Shown: in pieces, positions 9,885 through 19,991 of the stretch
How the letters are laid out: every line of letters begins with the position of its first letter
How positions within the stretch are numbered: the stretch's first letter is position 1
Assembly (NCBI RefSeq): GCF_001750685.1
Contig: NZ_CP017269.1
Location: 1,465,416 to 1,529,415, forward strand
Length of the DNA stretch: 64,000 bases
Direction of reading: 5' to 3'
Source: Geosporobacter ferrireducens
GTDB taxonomy: Bacteria > Bacillota > Clostridia > Peptostreptococcales > Thermotaleaceae
Program-made: the position numbers and the translations under genes
The notes under the pieces: model-generated
Database searches by the model: none
What the model saw: the letters and a program-made list of their open reading frames with translations, nothing else
What the model was told of the DNA's origin: nothing

Positions 9885-10340
9885 CTAATAAAAAAGTATC
9901 GAGAAAGATTCAGATTGGGCAGTCGGCAAGCGGAATGTGACAACGAAAGACGGACTATCGGCGTAAAGCTGATAACCCGTCTTTTGTATTTTGAGGGGTA
10001 GGGCAAAGCCGCGACACTCAAAATAGGGTTTCCAAAGGGGCACCCTTTGGCACACAACTTTGCGAATCAAAGTGTAGTGTGTTATACGCTCTGCCAGCGT
10101 TGCCGCCGGGGAGGGCAAGGGCGTTTGAAACGGCAGGAAAGCCGCCAATGACAGTCCGATTTCAGCAGCGGACAGGGCGTATATGAAGCCCCGTCTATCG
10201 TCTGAACTTCGGGACAAATTGGCCCAAAGTCCCGCAAGGTATCCAGAGGCGTCCCCCCTAGAACTCCGTCCGTGGAGCATATGCCCTATTCCTGTTCTTT
10301 GGAGGAGGCGCGGGGCAGGGCCCACTGCATAAACCAACCA
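9885..10340. other. GC-rich (>55% GC versus ~33% background) non-coding block with many GC stems; foreign origin; candidate structured RNA or intron/mobile-element fragment
   Basis: Sharp composition jump. Track ORFs across it (9885..10337, 9845..10057) give Ala/Arg/Gly/Pro-rich nonsense. Stems visible such as AGACGG...CCGTCT and CCAAAGGGGCACCCTTTGG. Confidence 0.4.
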
Positions 10341-10476
10341 ATTGCCACAAACGTAGCGAAGCCGTTTAGATGCTTTTGCGGGATTACTCTTTCTTTTGCA
10401 TCAACCCTATTGATAAGATAGGATTTATAAGCTCATCATAATGCTTCATTCCCCTGCTAAGCTAAATTAGAAAATA

Positions 10477-11859
10477 CTAATTTAGCAACCTATCTGCCAT
10501 AGCTTCATCAAAAATTTCCGCCATATCAGACTGTTTACCATATTCGAAACCTATCCTTCCATCATATGTCATGGAATCACAGGAATCGGTAGCGATAAAT
10601 ACACGCAGAATTTCGCCGTCCTCGCGTGTGAACTTTATCGAAGCAATGTAAGGACAGCCGGAAAAACCGTATATCTCCTCGCTGTTTATCGCTCTATTCA
10701 TGAGCTTTGACAACGCATTGAGCTTTTCCGGAGTATTTACGGTCTGCGACCGCAAATCAGTGGTATAGGAGCCATCGGCTTGCTCTACACTTTCCGGAAA
10801 ATCAATACTGGCACTCTTGAGAGGAATTTTAAACCATTGTGCATCAAAGCTTCCGTAGTCTATTTCCATGACATTCTTTATTTTATCCATAACAAAGCTA
10901 TATACGGCTTCGTTGTATTCAAGGGCAATAAATCCCTGCTCATCCATAGTAGACATGATATAACCTGCTGAATTACTATTGCCCATAAACTCATATTGCT
11001 TCCCGTCTATATGCAGTCTGGCACCTGTTGAGCGTATGGAGCTGTCTTCTTCATGCAGATACTTCCATGCATCTTGTCGTGATTTTACATTATCTATACC
11101 CTCCGAAGATGAGAATAGGCTGCTAATTTCTTCGAGTTCATTGCCGCTTATGTTGATGAAACAGGAGTATGGCGATGAATAGAAATTTATGGTATCCTTG
11201 TCTTGATAATAAAATTCAATGCGGGGAGAATTTGCGCTATATAACGACAAACCTGCGTTTTTTCTAATAAAATCAAGCCGATCTCTTCCATTTTGCGTAA
11301 ATGCAAGAATGAATGTCTGATTTGCATATTCATCAGAGCTTTTGCTTTCACTGAAGCAAAAGCAGTCAAGGTTTTTATTCCCAAAAGGTAACTCAAGAAG
11401 ATCATAGCCTTCAAGCTCATATAGAATGTTTGAATCAATATCCTTATCGTAATAGCCGATTTGAAGAACTTCATTCTTTACACCGGCTTCTGAAAAATAT
11501 CCTATATCAATGCTGCTAAAATCATCATATACGGGAGCATCCTTACGTCGGACGGCCAAGTAATAATCCATGCCATCTCCTGCTGTTCGCCCTATGATAT
11601 CGTAATGTCCCATCAGCATATCAGATACTTGTTTTGTTCTGCTTTCGTCCATCTGCTGAAATGAAGCACCATCAATATAGCTTTCAACAAGAGCAATATA
11701 CTCTTCCAGCGGAGTAAGCGGCATTGGCTCCGGTGTTGCATTCATTGCCGTTGGAAATATGGAATCCGTATGCCTATCACTTTCAGAAGCTGGCCTCGTA
11801 CACGAAACTGTTAAAAGTGTAACAAATAGTAATATAGCAAATAAATACGTTTTTTTCAT
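10477..11859 (-). CDS. secreted lipoprotein of unknown function (cargo gene inside the GC-rich remnant)
   Basis: 460 aa. Signal peptide with lipobox LLTVSC. About 42% GC, intermediate between host and the flanking GC-rich blocks. No recognisable catalytic motif. Confidence 0.65.
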   Translation of the reverse strand: MKKTYLFAILLFVTLLTVSCTRPASESDRHTDSIFPTAMNATPEPMPLTPLEEYIALVESYIDGASFQQMDESRTKQVSDMLMGHYDIIGRTAGDGMDYYLAVRRKDAPVYDDFSSIDIGYFSEAGVKNEVLQIGYYDKDIDSNILYELEGYDLLELPFGNKNLDCFCFSESKSSDEYANQTFILAFTQNGRDRLDFIRKNAGLSLYSANSPRIEFYYQDKDTINFYSSPYSCFINISGNELEEISSLFSSSEGIDNVKSRQDAWKYLHEEDSSIRSTGARLHIDGKQYEFMGNSNSAGYIMSTMDEQGFIALEYNEAVYSFVMDKIKNVMEIDYGSFDAQWFKIPLKSASIDFPESVEQADGSYTTDLRSQTVNTPEKLNALSKLMNRAINSEEIYGFSGCPYIASIKFTREDGEILRVFIATDSCDSMTYDGRIGFEYGKQSDMAEIFDEAMADRLLN

Positions 11860-12064
11860 ATTTCAGGTACCTCCCAAATATAGATATGATTATTGAACTT
11901 TAACTGGCATGATGTGCTGCCAAGTATTTATTTTCCATACGATCTTACCAAATAAGTCCAAGCATTACAAGTTTATTTCCGCTTCTTCCTGCGTTTCCTC
12001 TTAGAAATATTCAAATGCTTGGATTTCGCCAATACCTTCATCAGCAATTGAAATTCCTCCGGTG

Positions 12065-12560
12065 TCAGCTTGGTATAATCAATCCCCAGTTGGCGGCTTC
12101 CAACAGCCGGATATGGGTATCCTCCCCGCCAGGCTGATACTTCTCCGTGATTTTCACCCTTGCCATATCCACCAGCGTATTCAGGTTTTGTATCTGCATA
12201 CGGGCAATGCCGTCCACATAAATCTCAATGTCAGCCAACAGCTTCACAAAGTCCTTATGCGCCGCCATCTCACAAAGCAGGCGGGTATTGATTTTCCTGC
12301 TTTTTAATAGCCCTAGCATTTCATCACTCAAATGTAGTTCCGCAAGGTCTGCATTTGGGTGATTTTTTGTTTCGGTCAGCTCTAACAGCTAATCAGCGGA
12401 CACGCCGTAGAATTTCGCCAGCGTCAAAATGCTGGTATGGCTGATGTCCTTGTAATCCTCTATTTCATAGTTTCCCAAAGCGGATTTTGAAATACCTGTC
12501 TGCTTCTCCAACTGCTCCAGCGTCAGGCTGTTTTCCAACCTTGTGGATATACGGAACGGG
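12065..12560 (-). pseudogene. XRE-family regulator of the Tn1549/CTn conjugative-transposon type, disrupted by an in-frame TAG (Tyr codon to stop)
   Basis: The reverse strand reads ...ENSLTLEQLEKQTGISKSALGNYEIEDYKDISHTSILTLAKFYGVSAD*LLELTETKNHPNADLAELHLSDEMLGLLKSRKINTRLLCEMAAHKDFVKLLADIEIYVDGIARMQIQNLNTLVDMARVKITEKYQPGGEDTHIRLL. The conserved FYGVSADYLL motif is interrupted by TAG. No ATG was found at the N-terminus. Confidence 0.6.
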
Positions 12561-12589
12561 CGGTCAAAAAAGTATACACTTGGATTAGT

Positions 12590-12850
12590 TCATCAGTGGA
12601 CAGCACAAGTGAATGACCGTTCGAAAGGGATCCCACCGCAGGAGAAGCACAGCCATGAACCGCACTTCGGGCCTCGTCGGCGCAAAGCCTCGTAGCTTTG
12701 TGGGGGCCCCAATACCCGAAGTGCGGGGACCGTGCTAATGTGGGGAAACGCCGCCATAAGGGGGCAGGAACGGCTTTCAGGGAAAACGGCAAAGGAACAG
12801 GAAAACGGCATAGCCAAAACTGACTATGCCGGGTGCTGTACAAATACTTC
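12590..12850. other. GC-rich palindromic/structured non-coding block (long hairpin CCGCACTTCGGG...CCCGAAGTGCGG and others)
   Basis: Seen directly. It is the highest-GC part of the window. Track ORFs 12523..12843 and 12593..12817 are composition artefacts. Confidence 0.35.
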
Positions 12851-13200
12851 TTTATTGGGGGCGTGCTAAAGGGATCACTGTTTTTATTTTAGTTTACTAA
12901 TCGTTTTTAACATACCTTAGACAGAAATTTCAATTATAGCTATTAGGGCCTCCTGCCGTAAAGTTTATCTGTTCTATGATAAGATTATTGTTACTGTATT
13001 TGTAATTTACAATGAAATATCCGATATAAGAACCATGAGTAAAGCGGAGGCTGATATTCACGCTTATTTTATTGTTTTCTACAAAATAACGTATTTCTTC
13101 ATTGTACGCTTGCCTTGTTTCATCAGCAGCGTCTCCTATCAACAGACATATAGCCAGTAAGCCGATTGCACTACCGGGCACAATTCTTTTTTCTCCCAAT

Positions 13201-13677
13201 TTACAACTCATTCCATCCTTTACAGCAATCAATCCATTGAAGAAACCTTGAATATTTCTCTAGCTCATCTATCGTCAATTCAATTGCGCTATTCCCGCTG
13301 CCACAAGCAGGAAAAACGGTTTCAAAGCGCTTTAAAGATACATCTAAATAAATCTCTACCTCTTTATTCACGGCAAATGGGCATACACCTCCGACAACAT
13401 GACCGATCAGCGCTTCAACTTCATTAAAATCAAGCATTTTTGCTTTTACTCCAAATTGCTCTTTATATTTTCGATTATCAATTTTGGCATCACCGGCTAC
13501 AACAATTAATATCACGCTATCCCCTAAATGAAAGGAAAGTGTTTTTGCTATTCGCTGAGGCTCACAGTGTAATGCTTGTGCGGCAAGTTCTACCGTTGCG
13601 CTGGATTCAGAAAACTCTAGGATCTTGTCTGCCATGCCGTATTGTTTAAAATATTCTTTAACCTTCTCTATTGCCAT
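13201..13677 (-). CDS. ybaK: YbaK/EbsC-family aminoacyl-tRNA deacylase domain protein
   Basis: 158 aa with YbaK-type motifs: GHVVGGVCPFA, the conserved Cys, and SGNSAIELT. Confidence 0.7.
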   Translation of the reverse strand: MAIEKVKEYFKQYGMADKILEFSESSATVELAAQALHCEPQRIAKTLSFHLGDSVILIVVAGDAKIDNRKYKEQFGVKAKMLDFNEVEALIGHVVGGVCPFAVNKEVEIYLDVSLKRFETVFPACGSGNSAIELTIDELEKYSRFLQWIDCCKGWNEL

Positions 13678-13710
13678 GTTTTTCTTCTCCTATCATGTAT
13701 AACAGCTCAT

Positions 13711-14745
13711 TTATTTTACTTCAACGATCCAGCCTTCGGGCGCTTTCACATCTCCGAATTGAATTCCACAAAGTATATCATAGAGCTTTTTAGTGACTGG
13801 TCCTACTTCCTTTTCGCTATGGAATACATGAAGTTTCCCATTATATTCTATCCCTCCGATAGGCGTAATGACTGCGGCGGTTCCGCAAGCTCCGGCCTCT
13901 GCAAATTCATCCAGCTTATCAATCAGGACATCTCTTTCTTCAACTTCCATACCCATATATTCTTTCGCCACATGCATCAAAGAATACTTCGTGATACTTG
14001 GAAGGATGGATTCGGATTTTGGTGTAACAAATTTATTATTCTTAGTAATTCCAAAGAAGTTGGCAGCACCAACCTCTTCGATTTTACGGTGAGTCAAAGG
14101 GTCCAGGTAAATACAGTCTGCAAAGCCTTTCTTTACAGCCACCTCATGGGGCATCAAGCTTGCGGCATAGTTGCCTCCTACCTTGGCAGCACCTGTTCCG
14201 TAGGGTGCTGCTCTGTCATACTCGGAAACAATAAAGTTGACAGGCGTCATGCCTCCTTTAAAATAGGGCCCTACAGGGATGCAGAATACGCCAAAAATAT
14301 ATTCCGGAGCAGGCTTCACACCGATATTGTCCCCAACTCCGATTACATAAGGCCGGAGATAGAGGGTAGCACCTGTGCCATACGGCGGTACATAGTGTGC
14401 ATTAGCCCTTACAACTTGTACACAAGCACCGATGAATTTTTCTTCTGGGATTTCAGGCATCAAGAGCCGTCTGCAGCTGCTTTTCATACGCTTTGCATTC
14501 TGATCCGGCCTGAAGAGTTGTATCTTCCCATCCTTTGTTCTGTATGCCTTCAAGCCTTCAAAGCACTGTTGTCCATAATGAAGAGCCGCTGAGCCTTCAC
14601 TTATGGTCAGGGTATTGTCTTCCGTTAACTTACCGTCGTCCCAGCTTCCAGACTTCCATACAGAGATATAGCGGTAATCTGTCTTTATGTAGTTAAAACC
14701 CAATTTGCTCCAATCAATATCTACCGCTTTCGTCATATCAATCAC
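13711..14745 (-). CDS. ilvE: branched-chain amino acid aminotransferase (PLP fold type IV)
   Basis: 344 aa. Motifs [24 protein letters not shown] and others are characteristic of IlvE. Confidence 0.9.
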   Translation of the reverse strand: MIDMTKAVDIDWSKLGFNYIKTDYRYISVWKSGSWDDGKLTEDNTLTISEGSAALHYGQQCFEGLKAYRTKDGKIQLFRPDQNAKRMKSSCRRLLMPEIPEEKFIGACVQVVRANAHYVPPYGTGATLYLRPYVIGVGDNIGVKPAPEYIFGVFCIPVGPYFKGGMTPVNFIVSEYDRAAPYGTGAAKVGGNYAASLMPHEVAVKKGFADCIYLDPLTHRKIEEVGAANFFGITKNNKFVTPKSESILPSITKYSLMHVAKEYMGMEVEERDVLIDKLDEFAEAGACGTAAVITPIGGIEYNGKLHVFHSEKEVGPVTKKLYDILCGIQFGDVKAPEGWIVEVK

Positions 14746-14968
14746 CTCTCTAAATTTTTATAATATTTAATAAAAGCTTCTTATTCCATCGTAACAAAAA
14801 AAGGCATTGCACACAATGTTATCATTGTATACAATACCATTTTCTTTACTGTACAGCGGCAATTAATATTCTCAGTTATTTTTTAATATACGAATACTTC
14901 CTGACGAACTTTTAAGTACCACTTTATTGTTCTTCATAGCAATCTATTTTTTTCCACCTTTTTTATTT

Positions 14969-16036
14969 TTAGAGCAAGGATTTTACCCATTCCCGTTTAT
15001 TCCATAATGCACACCCGCCCTTCGGTTCATTCAGTCCGGTATGGTTTTGACGGATTTTTTTCATCAATTCGGACTGTAGCGCCTCTTTTAATGATACTTC
15101 TCTTATATTTACATCAGAATAGGGCGCAAATGGACAAGGTTCCACGTCGCCTTCAGCACTGACATGAATAAATCCCCGCCCTGCCGAAAGACATCCACCA
15201 TAATCCTTCTCGTCGCCCGGAAAACTTACAAACAGTCCCGGGAATTTAGCCCTGAAGGAATCCAAAATTTGGGCAAGCGCAATCCGCTGTTCTTCCAAAA
15301 TCACAAGATCCTCCGTCGCTTCCTTTACCGGAATATACTCCACAAAGAAAAACAATTGACAGCCCGATGCCAATAATTTATTGATAAAGGCTTCGTCAGT
15401 CAGTGTATCAAAATTCTTTCTTGTAACAGTAAATGAGTAACCGAAAAAGATACCGGAATGCTTCAGTTTCTTTATCGTTTTCTGAAGGTGTTCATAAACA
15501 CCGGAGCCTCTTCTTTCATTTGTATCTGTTTCATATCCTTCCATACTGATTATGGGGACTACATTTCTTTGATTTCTTAGTCGAGTAATGATCTCGTCAG
15601 TAATCAGTATTCCGTTTGTGAAAAGAGGAAAGATTATTTCCGGATTTTCATTTGTTATGTCAAGGATGTCAGGCCTCATAAGCGGTTCACCGCCCGCAAG
15701 AAAAATGAACGAGATACCCAGACCTTTTGCCTCCAGAATTACTGATTGTAATCTATCACAGCTCATCTCTTTTTCAACTGGTCTGTGCTGTGCCTTAGAA
15801 TAGCAGCCTTTGCACGCAAGATTGCATCGGTTCGTTATACTGATGATCATATATGGTGGAACCTTAAGTTCCTGCTTTTCATATTCCATCCTTGTTTGAG
15901 CAGCTTTCTTCTGAAAGTAAATGCTTTGAAGGACAAACTCCATCATTGCTGGTTTTTTTACGATAATCCTCAGGGCATCATGAAAGAAATCACTTATCGA
16001 ATTGTTCAGCTTAATACTATAATCATTATTTTTCAA
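14969..16036 (-). CDS. radical SAM protein (with C-terminal Cys-rich SPASM-like region)
   Basis: CNLACKGCYSK CxxxCxxC motif and glycine-rich GGEP. Additional C-terminal cysteines. Downstream of, and likely co-transcribed with, the TetR gene. Confidence 0.7.
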   Translation of the reverse strand: MKNNDYSIKLNNSISDFFHDALRIIVKKPAMMEFVLQSIYFQKKAAQTRMEYEKQELKVPPYMIISITNRCNLACKGCYSKAQHRPVEKEMSCDRLQSVILEAKGLGISFIFLAGGEPLMRPDILDITNENPEIIFPLFTNGILITDEIITRLRNQRNVVPIISMEGYETDTNERRGSGVYEHLQKTIKKLKHSGIFFGYSFTVTRKNFDTLTDEAFINKLLASGCQLFFFVEYIPVKEATEDLVILEEQRIALAQILDSFRAKFPGLFVSFPGDEKDYGGCLSAGRGFIHVSAEGDVEPCPFAPYSDVNIREVSLKEALQSELMKKIRQNHTGLNEPKGGCALWNKREWVKSLL

Positions 16037-16133
16037 GTTGATATCCTCCCTTTATATTGGATTTGAATTGCTTTAGCTGCGAATGAACATTTTTTAATTC
16101 ATTCACTTATTGACAAAAATAAATACACCGTAT

Positions 16134-16721
16134 TTATTTTTGCCGGCAATCAGTCAGACCTTTCATTATAAATTCCTCTAGGTATTCCAGAATTCGGGGG
16201 AAATATTGTATTCCCAGTTCTTCCTTATGAATGTCAATATAAGGTATGGAACTAAAAATGGCCAGTATCATATCGTCATCTATATCATCCCTTAACTTTC
16301 CTTGGGCTTTCCACGCTTTTATTATTTCCATCAAACTGCCGTTCATTAATTCGTTTATGCGCTTTATTCCGCCCAATTTATAAAATTCCTTCTCAAGCTT
16401 GCTGAAGAGATCCCTATTATACCATTCCTTCAGTATCGGATTCGATCTCATGCCGTCAAGGTTATTTGCAATTATTTCTTGTACAATTTTTATAGGATCT
16501 CCGTCCAATTTTACTGATTTCATAATACTCTTTTTCAGTTCTTCGTTTTCTTTCAGATAAATCTCCAAAAAAAGTTCATCTTTTGAGGCATAGTATTTAT
16601 AAAATGTTCCTGTCCCTATCCCAACTTTTTTCGTAATGTCTGAAATGTTGGTATCTTTATAGCCTTTGGTACTGAATAGTTCTTTCGCACAATTAAATAT
16701 ATCAGCTTTTGTATCTTCCAC
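16134..16721 (-). CDS. TetR/AcrR-family transcriptional regulator
   Basis: N-terminal HTH KADIFNCAKELFSTKGYKDTNISDITKKVGIGTGTFYKYYASKDELF. Confidence 0.8.
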   Translation of the reverse strand: MEDTKADIFNCAKELFSTKGYKDTNISDITKKVGIGTGTFYKYYASKDELFLEIYLKENEELKKSIMKSVKLDGDPIKIVQEIIANNLDGMRSNPILKEWYNRDLFSKLEKEFYKLGGIKRINELMNGSLMEIIKAWKAQGKLRDDIDDDMILAIFSSIPYIDIHKEELGIQYFPRILEYLEEFIMKGLTDCRQK

Positions 16722-16727
16722 TTTATA

Positions 16728-16755
16728 ACCTCCATGCTAGAATGAATTAAATTTA
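16728..16755. promoter_or_regulatory. perfect palindrome TAGAATGAATTAAAT/TTAATTCATTCTA immediately upstream of the TetR gene; candidate TetR operator
   Basis: Seen directly, 7 bp upstream of the TetR start codon. Confidence 0.5.
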
Positions 16756-17002
16756 ATTCATTCTAATTGTAGCATAGAAATTTCTTTTTGTCGATATCCT
16801 TTTCAAAATTCAACTAAATTCTTCTGATCCCTTTTAATTAAAAAACCTCGCTTTTCTATAAAAAAACAATTGCCCAGCTGATTCAATTCTAAATATAGCA
16901 TTAAATCAGCTAAGCAAGCTTTATGATTATCTCATTCAATTTTTAATAAGTGTGTTTTTGAAAAGTAAAGTTTTTCTATTAAAATTCTCAAATCCCTTTG
17001 TA

Positions 17003-18241
17003 CTAAACTAAAACTGACTTATTGATTGTTGCTGCAATCTCATTTTCTGTAAAGCCATCTGTAAAAACCTCACTGATTTTGCCATCTTTTATCATTACAA
17101 TACAGGGCACGTCCTTTACCCCTAGTCGATTAGCTATACCTGCAGATTTATAGATATCCACCTTTGTAAATCTAGCTTTTCCTTTATATTCCTCTTCCAT
17201 TTTTTCTATAGTCGTTAAATATTCTCTGGATTTAGGGTCGACGGCATTATATATATAAATAATACCAGTTATATCATCTTTCATAATTTGCTGATGGAAA
17301 AGTTCGCTTTCTGCTATATATTTTTCAGCACCAAAACCTGCTATGGCTCCATCTCCAACAGCCGTAGCAACTTGTTTAAGAAACTTATCTCTTACATCTC
17401 CGACTGCAAATACACCCTCTATATTTGTCTCCATTTTCTCATTGGTAATTAAGTAACCCCCTCGATTCATATCCAAAATATCTTTGAATATTTCCGTATT
17501 GGGAAGGTAGCCAATAAATAAGAAACAAGAATCTACTTCAACAGGAATACGTTCATTGGTTTTTAAATTTTTCAAGATCACGGTTTGCAAATGTCCTTCT
17601 CCTGCAAATTCCTCTACTACTGTATTCCAAATAAACTCCATTTTGGGATTAGATAAAGCTTGCTCCTTCGCAATTTCGTTACAATCCATTTTTCCAACAT
17701 CATGTAGTACGGAGACAATTACTTTTTTTGCGAATTTCGTGAGGAACATACCCTCTTCAATCGCTGCATCTCCACTACCAACGACAAGAACCGTTTTATC
17801 TGTGTTTGCAGCTGCGTCACAAGTAGCACAGAAGGATATCCCTTTGTCATACAAGTAATCTGCTTCTCCTTTTGCACCAGTCAATCTAGGCTTCCCGCCA
17901 GAGGCAACAATAACAACCTTTGCTTCATAATTAGTTCTAAAGGTTTCAACGATCTTGGTTTCACCTGCTAGCTGCACACCTTTTACATCTGTTAACTTAA
18001 AGCTCACGCCAAATTTTTTCGCTTGTTTGTGAAATAGATCCATTAAGCCCAGACCGGTTGTTCCTTCTGGAAAACCAGGATAATTTTCTATTTCATTGGT
18101 GTATGTTGCAAGTCCTCCTACCAAGGACTTTTCTATAATCAGGGTTTTTAACCGGGCACGACCACAGTAAATACCCGCGGTCAGACCAGCCGCTCCGCCA
18201 CCGATAATTACTACATCATACTTCTCTACTTTCTTCTGCAT
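17003..18241 (-). CDS. thioredoxin-reductase-like FAD/NAD(P) oxidoreductase fused to a C-terminal thioredoxin-fold domain
   Basis: YDVVIIGGGAAGLTAG FAD motif, redox-active CATC, and the second Rossmann motif VLVVGSGDAAIEEG. The extra C-terminal domain of about 100 aa (VPCIVMIKDGK) is Trx-like but has no CxxC. Confidence 0.8.
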   Translation of the reverse strand: MQKKVEKYDVVIIGGGAAGLTAGIYCGRARLKTLIIEKSLVGGLATYTNEIENYPGFPEGTTGLGLMDLFHKQAKKFGVSFKLTDVKGVQLAGETKIVETFRTNYEAKVVIVASGGKPRLTGAKGEADYLYDKGISFCATCDAAANTDKTVLVVGSGDAAIEEGMFLTKFAKKVIVSVLHDVGKMDCNEIAKEQALSNPKMEFIWNTVVEEFAGEGHLQTVILKNLKTNERIPVEVDSCFLFIGYLPNTEIFKDILDMNRGGYLITNEKMETNIEGVFAVGDVRDKFLKQVATAVGDGAIAGFGAEKYIAESELFHQQIMKDDITGIIYIYNAVDPKSREYLTTIEKMEEEYKGKARFTKVDIYKSAGIANRLGVKDVPCIVMIKDGKISEVFTDGFTENEIAATINKSVLV

Positions 18242-18256
18242 GAATACCCCTCCAAA

Positions 18257-18790
18257 CTACATAAAGAATTTTACCAGCAGCTTACTCCCTATTACAGCAC
18301 CAGCAAATAGGAAAATAGCAAACACCCATCCTGATAATGATAATGAAGCAATCCCACTAAATAATGCACCAATATTGCAGCCAAAGGCAATCCTTGCTCC
18401 GTATCCCATTAATAAACCACCCACGCACGCAGCCACAACTTGCTTGCCTGATTTAATCTTTTTAATTTTAAATTGTGAAGCAAGTAAGGTGGCCAATAAA
18501 GCTCCTACGATTGTACCTAGATTTCTAATTGAACCAGGATCCTTTAAAAATCCAGCTTCTAAAGTAGCCTGAGCACCTTCACTGCTAAAGTAATACCATT
18601 TATCTACATTACCGCCTACCGCTCTGTAGAGCCAAGCTCCCCAATTGGCAAAAGCTCCGCTAACACCCCAGGGATCACCGGTAGAGGCCAGTGTTGCAAT
18701 CTGGAAAATCGACAAAAGAATTGCGCCTGTCACATAGGTCCAAGCACCCTTCACCCATATTTTATAAAACTTGCTTTCATAAAGGTTCAA
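18257..18790 (-). CDS. YeeE/YedE-family sulfur/selenium (thiosulfate) transporter, C-terminal half
   Basis: GGLLMGYGARIAFGCNIGALFSG motif typical of the YeeE/YedE (TsuA) repeat. Confidence 0.75.
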   Translation of the reverse strand: MNLYESKFYKIWVKGAWTYVTGAILLSIFQIATLASTGDPWGVSGAFANWGAWLYRAVGGNVDKWYYFSSEGAQATLEAGFLKDPGSIRNLGTIVGALLATLLASQFKIKKIKSGKQVVAACVGGLLMGYGARIAFGCNIGALFSGIASLSLSGWVFAIFLFAGAVIGSKLLVKFFM

Positions 18791-18810
18791 AATTTCACCC
18801 CCAAATAAAA

Positions 18811-19038
18811 CTACTTGGTCTTTTCAATAATAATTTCCCATTCCCCATCATCTACTTCTTCAATTTCAACATTGTGCCCTTCTTTTCTTGCCCATTCAGG
18901 AACATTTTTCATTGCACAGCTATGGTCAATTTGAACGATTAAAAAGTCACCCACTGCTAATTCTTTTAGTTTGTTTTCTGTTTTAACCAATGGTACTGGA
19001 CAAGCTTCTCCTAAACAATCTAACATTACCTCTTTCAT
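18811..19038 (-). CDS. TusA-like sulfurtransferase (YedF/TsuB-type)
   Basis: 75 aa with the CPxP motif (DCLGEACPVP). Sits between the two YeeE halves. Confidence 0.75.
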   Translation of the reverse strand: MKEVMLDCLGEACPVPLVKTENKLKELAVGDFLIVQIDHSCAMKNVPEWARKEGHNVEIEEVDDGEWEIIIEKTK

Positions 19039-19068
19039 AAAATAATCCTCCTTAACAATTTATGAATA

Positions 19069-19758
19069 TTATTGCTCTTGATTTCTGTTCTCCCACTTAT
19101 CAGCAAGGATATATAATCCAGCAATCAGTAAAAGTTGAACAGCAACTGCTCCAAACCATCCAAAGAGATCGGGTAAAAATACCGTTGGTCCCTTCAGCAT
19201 AAAATTTAACTTCCACCATCCATAGTCATGAGCGCCCCAAAGGGAACCGATGACAAAGAAAATCAAAGATAAAATTTGCATCGTAAAGCCTTCGCCAACA
19301 CGCATGAGTGTCCCTGAAGCACAGCCACCAGCGATAACCATACCGATACCAAACAGCAAAGCGCCTACAGCTGTGGCTAAACTGATTGGCACTACATAGC
19401 CTTGGCCAGGAATCGGCAAACCCTTGCTATAATAGCCGTATTTGATAGCTGTAAAGCCGATGGTAGTTACTGCAAACGCTATCAGAACAGCTCTAGTAAC
19501 AGAAGTGCTTCCTGTAAGATATGGGTCTCTCATGGAAGCCGTAAAACAAAATCTAGACTTCTGAAGAATCACCCCAAAGCAGCAACCTAGTATCCAGAAA
19601 AGAGTAAGCTTAGCAGAGATCGTTGATAGATAGATGCCAAATGCAATTACGCCTACCAGTAGCGCAATCCCATAGGGCTGTTGCTTTTTCTTAGGCTTTC
19701 TACCGGCACCTTCTCTTCTTCTGGAGGAAGTACGGCTGCTAACATTTGATTCAGACAT
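19069..19758 (-). CDS. YeeE/YedE-family sulfur/selenium transporter, N-terminal half
   Basis: GGCASGTLMR and ILGCCFG motifs. Unusual N-terminal basic tail (SRRREGAGRKPKKKQQ). Confidence 0.75.
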   Translation of the reverse strand: MSESNVSSRTSSRRREGAGRKPKKKQQPYGIALLVGVIAFGIYLSTISAKLTLFWILGCCFGVILQKSRFCFTASMRDPYLTGSTSVTRAVLIAFAVTTIGFTAIKYGYYSKGLPIPGQGYVVPISLATAVGALLFGIGMVIAGGCASGTLMRVGEGFTMQILSLIFFVIGSLWGAHDYGWWKLNFMLKGPTVFLPDLFGWFGAVAVQLLLIAGLYILADKWENRNQEQ

Positions 19759-19991
19759 AGCATCACCCTCCTTAAAATCGATACTTTTTTAACAATGATG
19801 ACTAAATACATTATATCATAGATGAAAATTTATGATTATTTGATATGATTATATAATATAAAGATAAGTTATAATGCATCTTGGGGTATAAGATATAATT
19901 ATAGTAAAGTCTATGCTATAATAATGTTAAAAAGATAACACAAAAATCATGGGTAAGAAGTTAGGGTATCTGCTGAGCAGGAGGGATTCAA

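Noticed and set aside
9885-10337. 150-aa ORF on the minus strand (and 9845..10057, 70 aa) spanning the GC-rich block
   Set aside because: Extreme Ala/Arg/Gly/Pro/Ser composition, no start context and no recognisable motifs. This is the expected artefact of translating GC-rich structured DNA. Treated as non-coding.
12523-12843. 106-aa and 74-aa ORFs across the palindromic GC-rich segment
   Set aside because: Same composition artefact. The region is dominated by long perfect hairpins rather than codon structure.
13642-14592. 316-aa ORF on the + strand
   Set aside because: Fully antisense to the well-supported ilvE gene. Cys/Phe/Ser-rich with no motifs. It is a shadow ORF.
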